Positions 8,891 through 18,229 of a stretch of 64,000 bases of DNA are shown here, one piece after another (the stretch's first letter is position 1; each line of letters starts with the position of its first letter). Source of the DNA: Planctomycetota bacterium. Its GTDB lineage: Bacteria; Planctomycetota; Planctomycetia; Pirellulales; UBA7805. Made by a program: the position numbers and the translations under genes. The stretch covers positions 136-64,135 of the forward strand of contig JAYZMM010000132.1 in NCBI GenBank assembly GCA_036153155.1, written 5' to 3'. The notes beneath the pieces were generated by a model. The model saw only the letters and a list, made by a program, of their open reading frames with translations. It had not been told where the DNA came from and searched no databases.

Positions 8891-9904
8891 ATGATCGATC
8901 GAATTGTAGGACGAGTTGCCGCAGGAGAAAGCCTTTCCCGGGAAGAGATGTATCAGGCGATTGATGGCATGATGCAAGGAAACTGGTCTGACAGTCAGAT
9001 TGCTGTCTTTCTCACTTCGTTACATACTCGAGGCGAGACGGTCGACGAAGTGGTTGGTGCCGCGTCTGCTATGCGTAAGAATATGACGCCAATTCGGTCA
9101 TCCCTTTCTGGGCTTATCGACACCTGCGGTACTGGAGGGGACGGTTCAGGAACGTTCAACATCAGCACCGCCGCGGCTTTTGTCGTCGCAGGATGTGGTC
9201 TACCGGTTGCCAAGCATGGGAATCGGAGCATCACAAGTAAGACAGGATCCGCCGACGTGCTGCAAGCCTTGGACATTTGTATTGATCCGCCGATTGCCAT
9301 GGTGGAACAGTGTCTTGAGAATGTAGGCATTTGTTTTTGCTTCGCCCCACAAGTTCATCCGGCGATGAAATATGTCGGTCCCGTACGGAAGCGGTTGGAA
9401 ATGCCAACCATTTTTAATCTTCTGGGCCCGTTGTGTAATCCGGCGGGGGCACCCTACCAACTCTTAGGGGTCGGTAAGTCCGAAGTCAGGCCTTTGCTGG
9501 CAGAAGCTTTATGTAAATTAGGCACTGAAAAAACGGTAATGGTCACCGGTTGTGATGGATTAGATGAGGTGACCCTCAATGGCCCCACCGATGTTTTGGT
9601 GATCGAGAACGGCCAAGTATCTGAAATTCAATGGGAGCCTCTGAATTTTGGTCTTTCCAACCACGAGCTCGATTCATTATCGGTCGAGAATGCGGAAGAA
9701 AGTGCCGGCGTCATTCAGCAGATCCTGGGTGGAGCCCAGGGACCTGCCCGAGATATTGTGATTCTCAATGCAGCGGCCGCCTTGTGGGCTGCCTGTGTGG
9801 ACGATGATTTGCAGAATTGTGCTCAGATGGCTGCCGAAGCCATTGATCGTGGGGCTGCCGCGGAAAAAGTTGTTCAGATGCGGGAGTGGACATCGCGTAA
9901 GTAA
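8891..9904 (+). CDS. trpD: Anthranilate phosphoribosyltransferase
   Basis: GTGGDGSGTFNISTAAAFVVAGCG and VAKHGNRSITSKTGSADVL signatures. 337 aa. Confidence 0.92.
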   Translation: MIDRIVGRVAAGESLSREEMYQAIDGMMQGNWSDSQIAVFLTSLHTRGETVDEVVGAASAMRKNMTPIRSSLSGLIDTCGTGGDGSGTFNISTAAAFVVAGCGLPVAKHGNRSITSKTGSADVLQALDICIDPPIAMVEQCLENVGICFCFAPQVHPAMKYVGPVRKRLEMPTIFNLLGPLCNPAGAPYQLLGVGKSEVRPLLAEALCKLGTEKTVMVTGCDGLDEVTLNGPTDVLVIENGQVSEIQWEPLNFGLSNHELDSLSVENAEESAGVIQQILGGAQGPARDIVILNAAAALWAACVDDDLQNCAQMAAEAIDRGAAAEKVVQMREWTSRK

Positions 9905-10091
9905 ATAGCAGGGGTGCCGATCCATCTCATTCCAATTGTTTCAAATTGCAAAGCGGTCTCTTGCGATCTGCGCTGGTTTGACCCGGCTTGAGATCCGGCG
10001 TCGCTGTCAATTTCGCCGGGATGGACGAAAAATGAACTCGTTGTCGGGCTTACCCGATCTTTTCCTTCATGTGCACGACTGTTAGAATTAT

Positions 10092-10108
10092 TGCCTGAGG
10101 CTCAGGCA
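10092..10108. promoter_or_regulatory. Perfect 17-nt palindrome TGCCTGAG-G-CTCAGGCA (candidate operator or hairpin)
   Basis: Read directly from the sequence. It lies 95 nt upstream of the small basic ORF / FabZ-like gene pair. Confidence 0.45.
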
Positions 10109-10202
10109 GCAAGCATCCGCTTTACTGCTTGAATCTGAGGGATACCGCAAGGCATTCCTGGCATTTTAAAGGCCCCTTGAGACGATTGAATGAGGATTTG
10201 AC

Positions 10203-10301
10203 ATGGCAAAACCAGGAAGAGTCGCTAAAAAAGCGAATCATGGAAAGCGGCCTGCCAACAGTAAGGCACGCAAGGCAAAGCGAAGAAGGGTAAAGACCTA
10301 A
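10203..10301 (+). CDS. Small, highly basic protein (32 aa), possible bL37-like ribosomal protein
   Basis: Hand translation: ATG 10203 ... TAA 10299-10301 gives MAKPGRVAKKANHGKRPANSKARKAKRRRVKT. It has 14 K/R and no D/E. The stop lies 1 nt before the GTG of the next gene. It is below the 60-aa cut-off of the supplied ORF track. Confidence 0.55.
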   Translation: MAKPGRVAKKANHGKRPANSKARKAKRRRVKT

Positions 10302-10302
10302 C

Positions 10303-10818
10303 GTGGCAGTCAAAGAGCCGCTCGTTCCATTTTCGATGTATGATGTGGATCATGTGATTGCGGATCTCGAAGCGATTCGCAAATGTAATCCGCAACGCTT
10401 TGAAATTGAGCAATTAACCGCCGTTGTTTTCGAGGACTTCGACAATCGCTCGATCGTGGGCTATGTCGATACGAGTCTCGATGACTTCTGGGTGCGTGGG
10501 CACATGCCGGGCATGCCTTTGATGCCTGGGGTATTAATGTGCGAAGCGGCAGCTCAACTAGCATCTTACTTTGTCCAGAAGAATGATATTCTCGGCTGTG
10601 AGATGGTCGGTTTTGGCGGTTTGGACGGGGTTCGTTTTCGCGGTGCGGTTCGACCAGGTGATCGACTCGTTATCCAGTGTAAGCAAAAACGGGTCCGCAG
10701 GGGTGCCATCGTGTTTTGCGACTTTATGGGATTCGTAAATGAAAACCTCGTCGTTGAAGGGTCAATCCGCGGTATCCCATTGCCTGCTGATGCTTTGCGA
10801 GAAGTGAGCCCCGGTTAG
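10303..10818 (+). CDS. FabZ/FabA-like 3-hydroxyacyl-ACP dehydratase (hotdog fold)
   Basis: FWVRGHMPGMPLMPGVLMCEAAAQLASYF matches the active-site His and PGVL..EA.AQ dehydratase motif. It is followed by GGLDGVRFRGAVRPGD. Confidence 0.8.
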   Translation: MAVKEPLVPFSMYDVDHVIADLEAIRKCNPQRFEIEQLTAVVFEDFDNRSIVGYVDTSLDDFWVRGHMPGMPLMPGVLMCEAAAQLASYFVQKNDILGCEMVGFGGLDGVRFRGAVRPGDRLVIQCKQKRVRRGAIVFCDFMGFVNENLVVEGSIRGIPLPADALREVSPG

Positions 10819-10920
10819 CTGATCAAAGACTCTGGGGTGGCTTTAGCTTAGTAAGTTATCGAATCTTCAGGTTTGTAAACTTGGATTCGGTGACGTTCAA
10901 CATGCAGATCCGGGGAATTG

Positions 10921-11562
10921 ATGGGACGCCGTGCTCTGGGGAAAATTGATTCCCAACTCGATTTGGCGGGTTACTTGCTCCGTACCGAGGACTTGCCGCG
11001 GCCTTGGGATCCAGGGCAGATTTTTTCGACGCGTCAACCTTTGGCAGTTGAGATTGGCTCTGGTAAAGGATTATTCCTGCAGCGTCAGGGTGCTGCTCAA
11101 CCAGAGACAAATTTCATCGGTATTGAAATATCTTTAAAGTACGCACGCTTTGCGGCATCACGTCTGGCACGTGCCGCAATTACTAATGCCTGTGTCGTTC
11201 ATGGCGATGCCCGCGAAATTTTTTCAGATATCTTGCCCGACGCGTCTCTGGCAGCGGTGCATGTTTATTTTCCCGATCCATGGTGGAAGAAAAGACACCA
11301 TAAGCGTCGGCTTTTGAATCCAGGATTTGTCATGGAATTAAGCCGAACGATGATGGAAGGGAGCTATTTGCATTTCTGGACAGATGTCGAAGAAACATTC
11401 ACAGAAGGTATTGCTGCATTAAAAACAGACGCCCGACTTCGCGGCCCCGAGGAAGTGGTTGCCGCTGAAGCAGCCCATGACCTGGACTATCAAACCCATT
11501 TCGAGCGGAGAATGCGATTGAGCGGAAAAAAAATATTTCGCTCGCAATTTGTGCGAGTTTGA
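10921..11562 (+). CDS. trmB: tRNA (guanine46-N7)-methyltransferase
   Basis: SAM-binding EIGSGKGLFL and the TrmB signature FPDPWWKKRHHKRRL. ATG 10921 lies one codon after TTG 10918. Confidence 0.9.
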   Translation: MGRRALGKIDSQLDLAGYLLRTEDLPRPWDPGQIFSTRQPLAVEIGSGKGLFLQRQGAAQPETNFIGIEISLKYARFAASRLARAAITNACVVHGDAREIFSDILPDASLAAVHVYFPDPWWKKRHHKRRLLNPGFVMELSRTMMEGSYLHFWTDVEETFTEGIAALKTDARLRGPEEVVAAEAAHDLDYQTHFERRMRLSGKKIFRSQFVRV

Positions 11563-11633
11563 GTTTGGCCGAATCCGGCTCCGCGTTACCGTCCTGCTAT
11601 AGGGAAAGTTGTTTTTCAGCAACGCGAAACCAC

Positions 11634-13553
11634 TCAATAGCTACGACATTCTTTTTTCTCGTAATAGTTGAGAAACGCTTTGTGAACGACACGATAGCCC
11701 CCCGGAGTCGGGTAATCTCCCGTGAAATACCAGTCTCCCTGATGATTGGGTAATGCTTTGTGCAGATTTTCAATGTTTTGATAAATAACTTCTACATTGG
11801 TCAAACCGCGCAAGCAATCGGGGCAAACCAGGTCAGCAATCTTGATCGAAATCTCTTCCGCGGTGAAGTTCTTATATATCTGCTTGACGTGGTTCACATA
11901 ATCGGATTCTTGCGTGTGGAGAGCTTCAGCGCATTTGGCTGCTACTTCATCGAGTAGGTTTTCGTACCCATGTTCCTCAATGAGCGCTACGGCGGCCTCG
12001 AAGGCGACAAACTTACCCAACTCTGACATGTCAATTCCGTAGCAGTCCGGGTAGCGGATTTGTGGCGCTGTAGACGCGATTACGAGTTTTCTGGGACGCG
12101 ATCGCCCGAGTATTTGCAGGATACTTCGTTTGAGTGTGGTTCCCCGGACAATCGAGTCGTCGATACATACCAGGGCATCTTCCTGTTCGCGTACTACTCC
12201 GTAAGTGATGTCATAGACATGCGAAACCAGTTGGGCACGTCCCGCCTCCTGACTGATAAATGTGCGTAGTTTAATGTCTTTGTTCGCAATTTTTTCTCCT
12301 TTCGGCCAATTGTCGACCACCAGTTCATTGATTAACTCGTCGGTCAGGCCACCATTTTTTCGCGCGTCGATCAAACGTTGTTTTACTTCTGTCCGCCTAA
12401 CTTGGTGCAGTTCTTCCATGAATCCATAGTAAGCGCTTTCCGCCGTGTTCGGCACATAACTAAAAATGCTCTTAGAGAAGTCTTGGCCTACTGAGTCGAG
12501 CACCTGCGGAACGAGTAGAGCACCCAATTGTTTTCGTTCTGTATAGATGTCTGCATCGTTGCCTCGGGAAAAGTAGATTCGTTCGAAAGAGCAGCCTGCC
12601 TCACGCCCCGGATCGTCCGCATAACGATCGATCTTTACCTTGCCGCTTGCCTGCACAACCACGATTGTTCCCGGAAGAACCTCATGTACCTCTTCAAGTT
12701 CTTTGTCGAATACTGTCATCAACGGGGCCCGCTCCGATGCGACTGCAACCAGTTCGTCGTCGTCGATATAGTATGCCGGGCGGATGCCAAAAGGATCTCG
12801 TAGGGCGAAAGCATCGCCATTACCCACAATGCCCGCCAGCGAATAACCTCCATCCCAATGGATTGCAGCCTGTCGAAAAATTTCCGAAAGCTCTATGCGT
12901 TCCCCGATCCATTGGGCCTGGGCACCACCAAAGATTTCTGCATCTTTCGCACTTGCGGCGAGTCGATCATTGACCGCATCAAGATGATATCCCGTTTCCT
13001 CTAAAATAGCCTGAGTGTCTGTGTCAAAAACTGGATGTTGCCCCCGCTCAACCAATTTTTGGTTTAATGCGTCAACGTTTGTAAGATTGAAGTTTCCCGC
13101 CACCATCAAATTTTTTCCGGGCCAATTACTCTTGCGGAAATAGGGATGGCATGTGGTTGCCCCGTAAGCTCCAGAAGTGCCGTACCGCAAATGGCCCATT
13201 AAGATTTCACCGCCATAATCAAAATGGTGCTTTATTGTTTCCGGTGAGTCCAAGTCTACCTGCCCCTGATCGATCAGGTTATCAAGCTTTGCTTGCTGGC
13301 CACCAAAGATTTCGCTGAGTGCTTTTGAACTGGTGCTTCTCTCGCGAAACATGAATGCGTCACCGGGAGGCATATTAAGCTTCATCGAACCGATTCCGGC
13401 GCCATCCTGGCCACGATTGTGCTGCTTCTCCATGAGAAGAAAGAGTCGATTGAATCCCCAGAGAGGAGAACCAAATTTTTCGAGATAATAAGCCAATGGC
13501 TTTTTTAGCCGAACAAGAGCAATTCCGCAGAAGTGTCCGATTTCATCGCTCAT
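11634..13553 (-). CDS. purF: Amidophosphoribosyltransferase (long form)
   Basis: Ntn-amidotransferase Cys after a short propeptide (MSDEIGHFCGIALV). PRPP loop LVCIDDSIVRGTT. ATG 13553 is preferred to the longer ORF start at 13658. Confidence 0.88.
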   Translation of the reverse strand: MSDEIGHFCGIALVRLKKPLAYYLEKFGSPLWGFNRLFLLMEKQHNRGQDGAGIGSMKLNMPPGDAFMFRERSTSSKALSEIFGGQQAKLDNLIDQGQVDLDSPETIKHHFDYGGEILMGHLRYGTSGAYGATTCHPYFRKSNWPGKNLMVAGNFNLTNVDALNQKLVERGQHPVFDTDTQAILEETGYHLDAVNDRLAASAKDAEIFGGAQAQWIGERIELSEIFRQAAIHWDGGYSLAGIVGNGDAFALRDPFGIRPAYYIDDDELVAVASERAPLMTVFDKELEEVHEVLPGTIVVVQASGKVKIDRYADDPGREAGCSFERIYFSRGNDADIYTERKQLGALLVPQVLDSVGQDFSKSIFSYVPNTAESAYYGFMEELHQVRRTEVKQRLIDARKNGGLTDELINELVVDNWPKGEKIANKDIKLRTFISQEAGRAQLVSHVYDITYGVVREQEDALVCIDDSIVRGTTLKRSILQILGRSRPRKLVIASTAPQIRYPDCYGIDMSELGKFVAFEAAVALIEEHGYENLLDEVAAKCAEALHTQESDYVNHVKQIYKNFTAEEISIKIADLVCPDCLRGLTNVEVIYQNIENLHKALPNHQGDWYFTGDYPTPGGYRVVHKAFLNYYEKKECRSY

Positions 13554-14018
13554 GGGATTCTCTTGCCTCTTGATCAGCTCGCGCGTTGGATATTTGGATA
13601 CTCTGGTGGTGTCAGCGGCGAATGCAAGATGCGACCTGACACGGTGGGTATGAACCAAGCCCAGCGTAGAAACCCACCGATAAAAAAGAGGTTGGTTTCA
13701 AAAGATACTTTCCGGTCAATTCAGCACCGCCTTCGTCCGATCCACCGGTTGGTAATTATAGGATCAGTCAGAGTGTGTCTCAAGCATCGCGGCCCCCAAG
13801 AGGCATCACCAACGGTTCGTTGTGCCGTTGTGACAAAAAGGGTGAAAGGCACCCGACCGACCATTTCGCCACGAATTTTCGTCCTTGCTCCCACCAAACC
13901 TCTTAGAGACAATACATGCATCACATCCAGCCAAGAGACGGATGCTGACGCGGCTTCACAAAACCCAAATGACATGATTTTTGTCACGAATTTGTGTATT
14001 TAGAGAAAAGAATCGAGC

Positions 14019-15167
14019 ATGGTTGATCTTTTGCGCCAAGAAATCGCCACGATTGCCGAGATCGTGGTGGTCAAGGTCGGGACCCGAGTGTTAACCGATG
14101 AGCATGGTCTGCTGAATCATCAGCGGATTGCGGGTCTGGTGGAACAGATTCACCTGCAGATGGCCAAAGGTCGCAGGATTGTGATAGTCAGTTCGGGGGC
14201 GGTTGGTGCCGGCATGGCTCATTTGGGACTGAAAAAACGTCCAAAAGATCTTGCACGCCTTCAAGCGGTAGCGGCCGTGGGGCAACCGCTTTTAGTTGCA
14301 GCCTATGATAAAGCGTTCATGATACACGGTCGATCGGCGGCACAAGTTCTGCTTACGGCTGAAGATCTTGATGATCGTGCTCGTTATCTGAACGTGCGAA
14401 ATACACTTCTCACTCTGATGGACTACGGAGTCGTCCCGGTAATCAACGAAAACGACACGGTAGCCGTTGATGAATTAGCAGGAACATTCGGCGATAATGA
14501 TCGTCTCGCGGCCTTGGTCACTCAGCTTCTGCGGGCACCGCTCTTGATGCTCCTGTCGAACGTTGATGGATTATACAATGGTGATCCGAAGCGATCTGAA
14601 TCTGAGGTGATCTCCACAGTGACCGAGATTGATGAATCGATAAAAAAATTAGCCCAACCGCAGGTTTCGCATTTAGGTCGTGGTGGCATGGACAGTAAAT
14701 TAGAAGCGGCTCGAATTGTAACTGCTGCGGGGGAAAGTGTGGTGTTGGCAAGTGGTCTGGTCGCTGAGAATATCAGTGCAATCTTATCAGGCCAACAGGT
14801 CGGCACGCTCTTTGTACCCTCTGGGCAAAGTGTATCTTTGCGCAAGCGTTGGATTGGTTACACGGTGCAACCTCGTGGTTGGCTCGTGCTTGATGCAGGC
14901 GCCGAGCGGGCAGTCGCGGAGCAGGGAAAAAGCTTGCTTCCAATTGGTGTCCTCCAGACAAGCGGACATTTTTCCAAAGGCGATGTAGTCGGATTACGAG
15001 GTGTGTCAGGAGCCGAGATCGGACGAGGACTGAGCAATTATGCCTCAGACCAAATGGAGCGAATCATTGGACTTCCCAGCGGGCAAATACAGGAAATACT
15101 TGATCACTCTCCCTATGAGGAGGTGGTCCACCGAGACAATTTAGTTGTGACTGCGGCGAATATCTAG
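14019..15167 (+). CDS. proB: Glutamate 5-kinase with C-terminal PUA domain
   Basis: VVKVGTRVLTD, VSSGAVGAG, NENDTVAVDE and GDNDRLAALV motifs. PUA-like C-terminus (GDVVGLRG). Confidence 0.92.
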   Translation: MVDLLRQEIATIAEIVVVKVGTRVLTDEHGLLNHQRIAGLVEQIHLQMAKGRRIVIVSSGAVGAGMAHLGLKKRPKDLARLQAVAAVGQPLLVAAYDKAFMIHGRSAAQVLLTAEDLDDRARYLNVRNTLLTLMDYGVVPVINENDTVAVDELAGTFGDNDRLAALVTQLLRAPLLMLLSNVDGLYNGDPKRSESEVISTVTEIDESIKKLAQPQVSHLGRGGMDSKLEAARIVTAAGESVVLASGLVAENISAILSGQQVGTLFVPSGQSVSLRKRWIGYTVQPRGWLVLDAGAERAVAEQGKSLLPIGVLQTSGHFSKGDVVGLRGVSGAEIGRGLSNYASDQMERIIGLPSGQIQEILDHSPYEEVVHRDNLVVTAANI

Positions 15168-15191
15168 TCGCTTTACCTTACTCATCACTCA

Positions 15192-17003
15192 TCATTCGAT
15201 TGTGATGCGGTAGGGTAATATTGTGTTGATCGGATGTTGGAACAAATAAGCCAGAACTTTAGCCTCGGCCAGATATTCTCCCCATTCCTTCGGGAGCTGC
15301 TCTAGCGTGCTTGCCGTTAGCGTTGTACCAAGCGATTGGCCGCCGAATAATTCCTCCAGAAAGCTTTGCGGCTTTGGTAGCAACAATAAATCAATCTTTT
15401 CATCGGCCGCGATTCCACACTCTTTTTTTGCATCTGCCACGGCGTCATGTAATCCCCCCATCTGATCGACGAGCCCTATCTTTTGGGCTTGCCGTCCCGT
15501 GTAGACTTTTCCTTCTGCAAGGGGGCGCATTTGTTTCAGATCCATATTCCGGCTTGATGCAGCCTTCGTGATAAACTGCAGATAGATGTTCTCCATCATT
15601 GCACTTATTGCAGCGCGTTCGTTTTCTGAAAAGGGCTTGAGAATTGAGAAGAGACCACTGTTTTTTCCGCGACTGACAACATTGGTCGTTATTCCCAGTT
15701 TGAGAAGCGTATTCTGCAGGGCTACTTTTCCGCCAACGACACCGATTGAACCGGTCAACGTGCCCTCTTCCGCAAATATTTTTTTTGCACCCATGGCGAC
15801 ATAATATCCACCACTTGCCGCTACATCCCCCATGCTCGCAAAAACTGGTTTTTTACAATTGCGGAGGGCGTCCCATATCAAGTCACTTGCCAGGGCAGAT
15901 CCTCCCGGACTATCAACCCGGATCACAATTGCTTTGACGCGGCTTTCTTCCTCAGCGGTTTTTAATGCATCGATTATGGTTTCAGATCCAACAACATTAT
16001 TTCCCGTAATCGTGTTGGAACTTTTTCCTGGAACGATGGCTCCACTCACGTAGATCACCGCTATTTGCGGGGTTTTTCCAGAGGTACTCTGTTTTTGCTG
16101 TCCCATTAAAAGATTCATGAATTTGACCATCCCTGCAAATCCAGAAAAATCATTGTCAATTTCTTTTTCTCCATATTTATCCAAAAGGAGAATCTCGCGA
16201 TTTTGATCTTCTTGTTGGAGAAAATTTTTCCAACCGCTTTGATATGCCACTCGGTCAATTAATTTGTTTTTTTTAGCTTCCTCTGCCATGAAAAGCCCTT
16301 GATTAATAAGTTGCTCAACACGGTCGTTTGAAAGGCCACGATCAGAGGCGATGTGTGTTATCAGTTGATCAAAAAAATCAGTCGCTAATGACTCATACTG
16401 CTTTTTCAGTTCGGGACTCATTTCTGAGCGAGTGAATGTCTCACCGGCACCTTTGAAGTCACCCACCTGCAAGATGTCGGCCTTTGCGCCAATTTTATCT
16501 AGCATTTCCTTGTAGAAGGTGACTTCAATCCGAACACCGGTCACCATAAGCGATCCAGCTGGTGGCATCACAATCTCATCGCACGCACTGGCAATCATAT
16601 AATCCGAGGTGCTCGCCATCTCGAGATCAGCAAAAACCTTCTTGCCGCTTTTACGCAAGCGAGCAATGGCTGCACGGATTTCGGCAATCTTCGCTCGACC
16701 GATCGATGGGCTTCGAATTTTAAAAATGGCTCCGTGAAGTTTTTGATCCTTCGCTGCTTTATCGATTTGCTGGACTAAACCATACAGCGTGGTCTCGCGG
16801 CCCCCGAGTGGCAGCGGCGGGGGCACGCCATCAGTGAGTGCGTTATCAATCGAGAATACGGCATATTGCAGTGGTTCGCTTTCCGCTACTTTCGTTTTTG
16901 ATGTCGAGTCATTTGCCAGGAGAGGCGTGCACTTGCGCGAGCCCATGAATGCGATCGAAAACGCGCAGAGTAGGATTGGCACGGAACGGGGAAGAAAATT
17001 CAC
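15192..17003 (-). CDS. sppA: Signal peptide peptidase SppA, 67K type (two S49 domains)
   Basis: N-terminal signal/anchor. Two ClpP/S49-like halves. Catalytic-Ser context GDVAASGGYYVA in the second half. GTG start. Confidence 0.88.
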   Translation of the reverse strand: MNFLPRSVPILLCAFSIAFMGSRKCTPLLANDSTSKTKVAESEPLQYAVFSIDNALTDGVPPPLPLGGRETTLYGLVQQIDKAAKDQKLHGAIFKIRSPSIGRAKIAEIRAAIARLRKSGKKVFADLEMASTSDYMIASACDEIVMPPAGSLMVTGVRIEVTFYKEMLDKIGAKADILQVGDFKGAGETFTRSEMSPELKKQYESLATDFFDQLITHIASDRGLSNDRVEQLINQGLFMAEEAKKNKLIDRVAYQSGWKNFLQQEDQNREILLLDKYGEKEIDNDFSGFAGMVKFMNLLMGQQKQSTSGKTPQIAVIYVSGAIVPGKSSNTITGNNVVGSETIIDALKTAEEESRVKAIVIRVDSPGGSALASDLIWDALRNCKKPVFASMGDVAASGGYYVAMGAKKIFAEEGTLTGSIGVVGGKVALQNTLLKLGITTNVVSRGKNSGLFSILKPFSENERAAISAMMENIYLQFITKAASSRNMDLKQMRPLAEGKVYTGRQAQKIGLVDQMGGLHDAVADAKKECGIAADEKIDLLLLPKPQSFLEELFGGQSLGTTLTASTLEQLPKEWGEYLAEAKVLAYLFQHPINTILPYRITIE

Positions 17004-17288
17004 AAAAAACCTCTTTCGAGATGGCTGCCGGGGGGCAGGGTTTATTACTTTATCACGGACTGAATTATACGCGTTGCCGAAGAAGCTGACAGCGGAACGC
17101 GTTTAAAACCAAGTAGCAGTGCAGAAAAACAGGACATAACTTAAAAAATCACAAAGTTTTCCAGACGGATTGCATCACCTTGTAAGCCGACGCCGATATA
17201 GTGTATATATGAATAGTATGTGACTTTATGTATACGTGTGGTTAAGCCAATTTTCACCAATAAACATGATGTTTTAGTGTGAATGCGG

Positions 17289-17302
17289 GACTGTGGACTG
17301 TG
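17289..17302. repeat. Tandem GACTGTG x2
   Basis: Copies at 17289-17295 and 17296-17302 in the sppA/lexA spacer. Confidence 0.9.
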
Positions 17303-17362
17303 GCAGGGTAAGGCCTGGCACGGGACAAAAATCCGAACACCATGCCGCAAAGAAGCAGACTG

Positions 17363-17379
17363 TTCACAACTATTCACAA
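17363..17379. repeat. Direct repeat TTCACAA x2 with 10-bp period
   Basis: Copies at 17363-17369 and 17373-17379 in the sppA/lexA spacer. Confidence 0.9.
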
Positions 17380-17440
17380 AATATCAAAGCGAGAAATCCC
17401 CGAGGTAATTTAGTGGGTCAATAAACGGAAATATCGGGTG

Positions 17441-17470
17441 GCAAACCAAAGCAAACCAAAGCAAACCAAG
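17441..17470. repeat. Tandem 10-mer GCAAACCAAA x3 (third copy ends in G)
   Basis: Copies at 17441-17450, 17451-17460 and 17461-17470, read directly. About 115-145 nt upstream of the lexA ATG. Confidence 0.95.
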
Positions 17471-17543
17471 CAGTCCAACCGATGCAATCGTAGCCTCTGA
17501 CCGATGCGTATATCTCGGTTGCCATGGTTGTGAAGGTAGAGTA

Positions 17544-17557
17544 GCGAACGGCGAACG
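17544..17557. repeat. Tandem GCGAACG x2, 29-42 nt upstream of the lexA start
   Basis: Copies at 17544-17550 and 17551-17557. Contains GAAC half-site-like tetranucleotides, but as direct rather than inverted repeats. Confidence 0.9.
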
Positions 17558-17585
17558 AATGCGATGAATCAAAAAGGCGTAGACC

Positions 17586-18176
17586 ATGAATTTAATTAAT
17601 GAACTCACCAAAAAACAAAAATTGGTTTACGAATTCATTCGTGACAAGATTCGACATCGTGGGTACGGACCAACCGTCCGTGAAATCGGTGACCATTTTA
17701 AGATTCGATCGCCCAATGGTGTCATGTGTCATCTAAAGGCACTCGAAAAAAAAGGGTTGATAACTAGAGAAAAGAATAGATCTAGAGCCATTCAACTTGC
17801 GGAGGAACCGGGCCTTCCACTGTATGGGATGATTGCTGCAGGAGTCTTACATGAAGCGGTGGAACAACAGGAACGGATCGATTTCACGGATATCTTCAAC
17901 AAAGACAATTTGTTTGTTCTCAAGGTCAACGGTGATTCCATGATTGAAGATGCGATTGCCGATGGTGACCACGTCATCGTTCGTGAGCAACGAACGGCAA
18001 GGAAAGGACAAATTGTTGTCGCAGTTACTGATGAGGGAGAGGCGACCCTAAAACGCTGGTACCCAGAGACAAATCGTATTCGTCTGGAACCAGCAAATTC
18101 GACGATGAAGCCTATATACGTGCGGAATGCGACAATTCGCGGTGTCGTTGTGGGAGTTGTTCGACGAGTGGATTGA
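17586..18176 (+). CDS. lexA: LexA repressor (S24 self-cleaving)
   Basis: Winged-helix N-terminus (TVREIGDHFKIRSPNGVMCHLKALEKKG). Ala-Gly cleavage site in MIAAGVL. Ser in VNGDSM and Lys in ATLKRWY. Confidence 0.92.
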   Translation: MNLINELTKKQKLVYEFIRDKIRHRGYGPTVREIGDHFKIRSPNGVMCHLKALEKKGLITREKNRSRAIQLAEEPGLPLYGMIAAGVLHEAVEQQERIDFTDIFNKDNLFVLKVNGDSMIEDAIADGDHVIVREQRTARKGQIVVAVTDEGEATLKRWYPETNRIRLEPANSTMKPIYVRNATIRGVVVGVVRRVD

Positions 18177-18229
18177 AACGTAATCCGGGCGAAATGGGAT
18201 GCTCGGAGATCGACGAAGCGAACATGAAA

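Noticed and set aside
17291-17306. Gammaproteobacterial-type SOS box (CTGT-N8-GCAG)
   Set aside because: It has one mismatch in the essential ACAG half-site, lies ~290 nt from lexA, and belongs to a tandem GACTGTG repeat. Not convincing as a LexA operator.
17141-17611. 78- and 75-codon minus-strand ORFs in the sppA/lexA spacer
   Set aside because: They lie in an AT-rich, repeat-laden segment. The translations are Cys/His/Ile-rich and motif-less, and one overlaps the lexA start.
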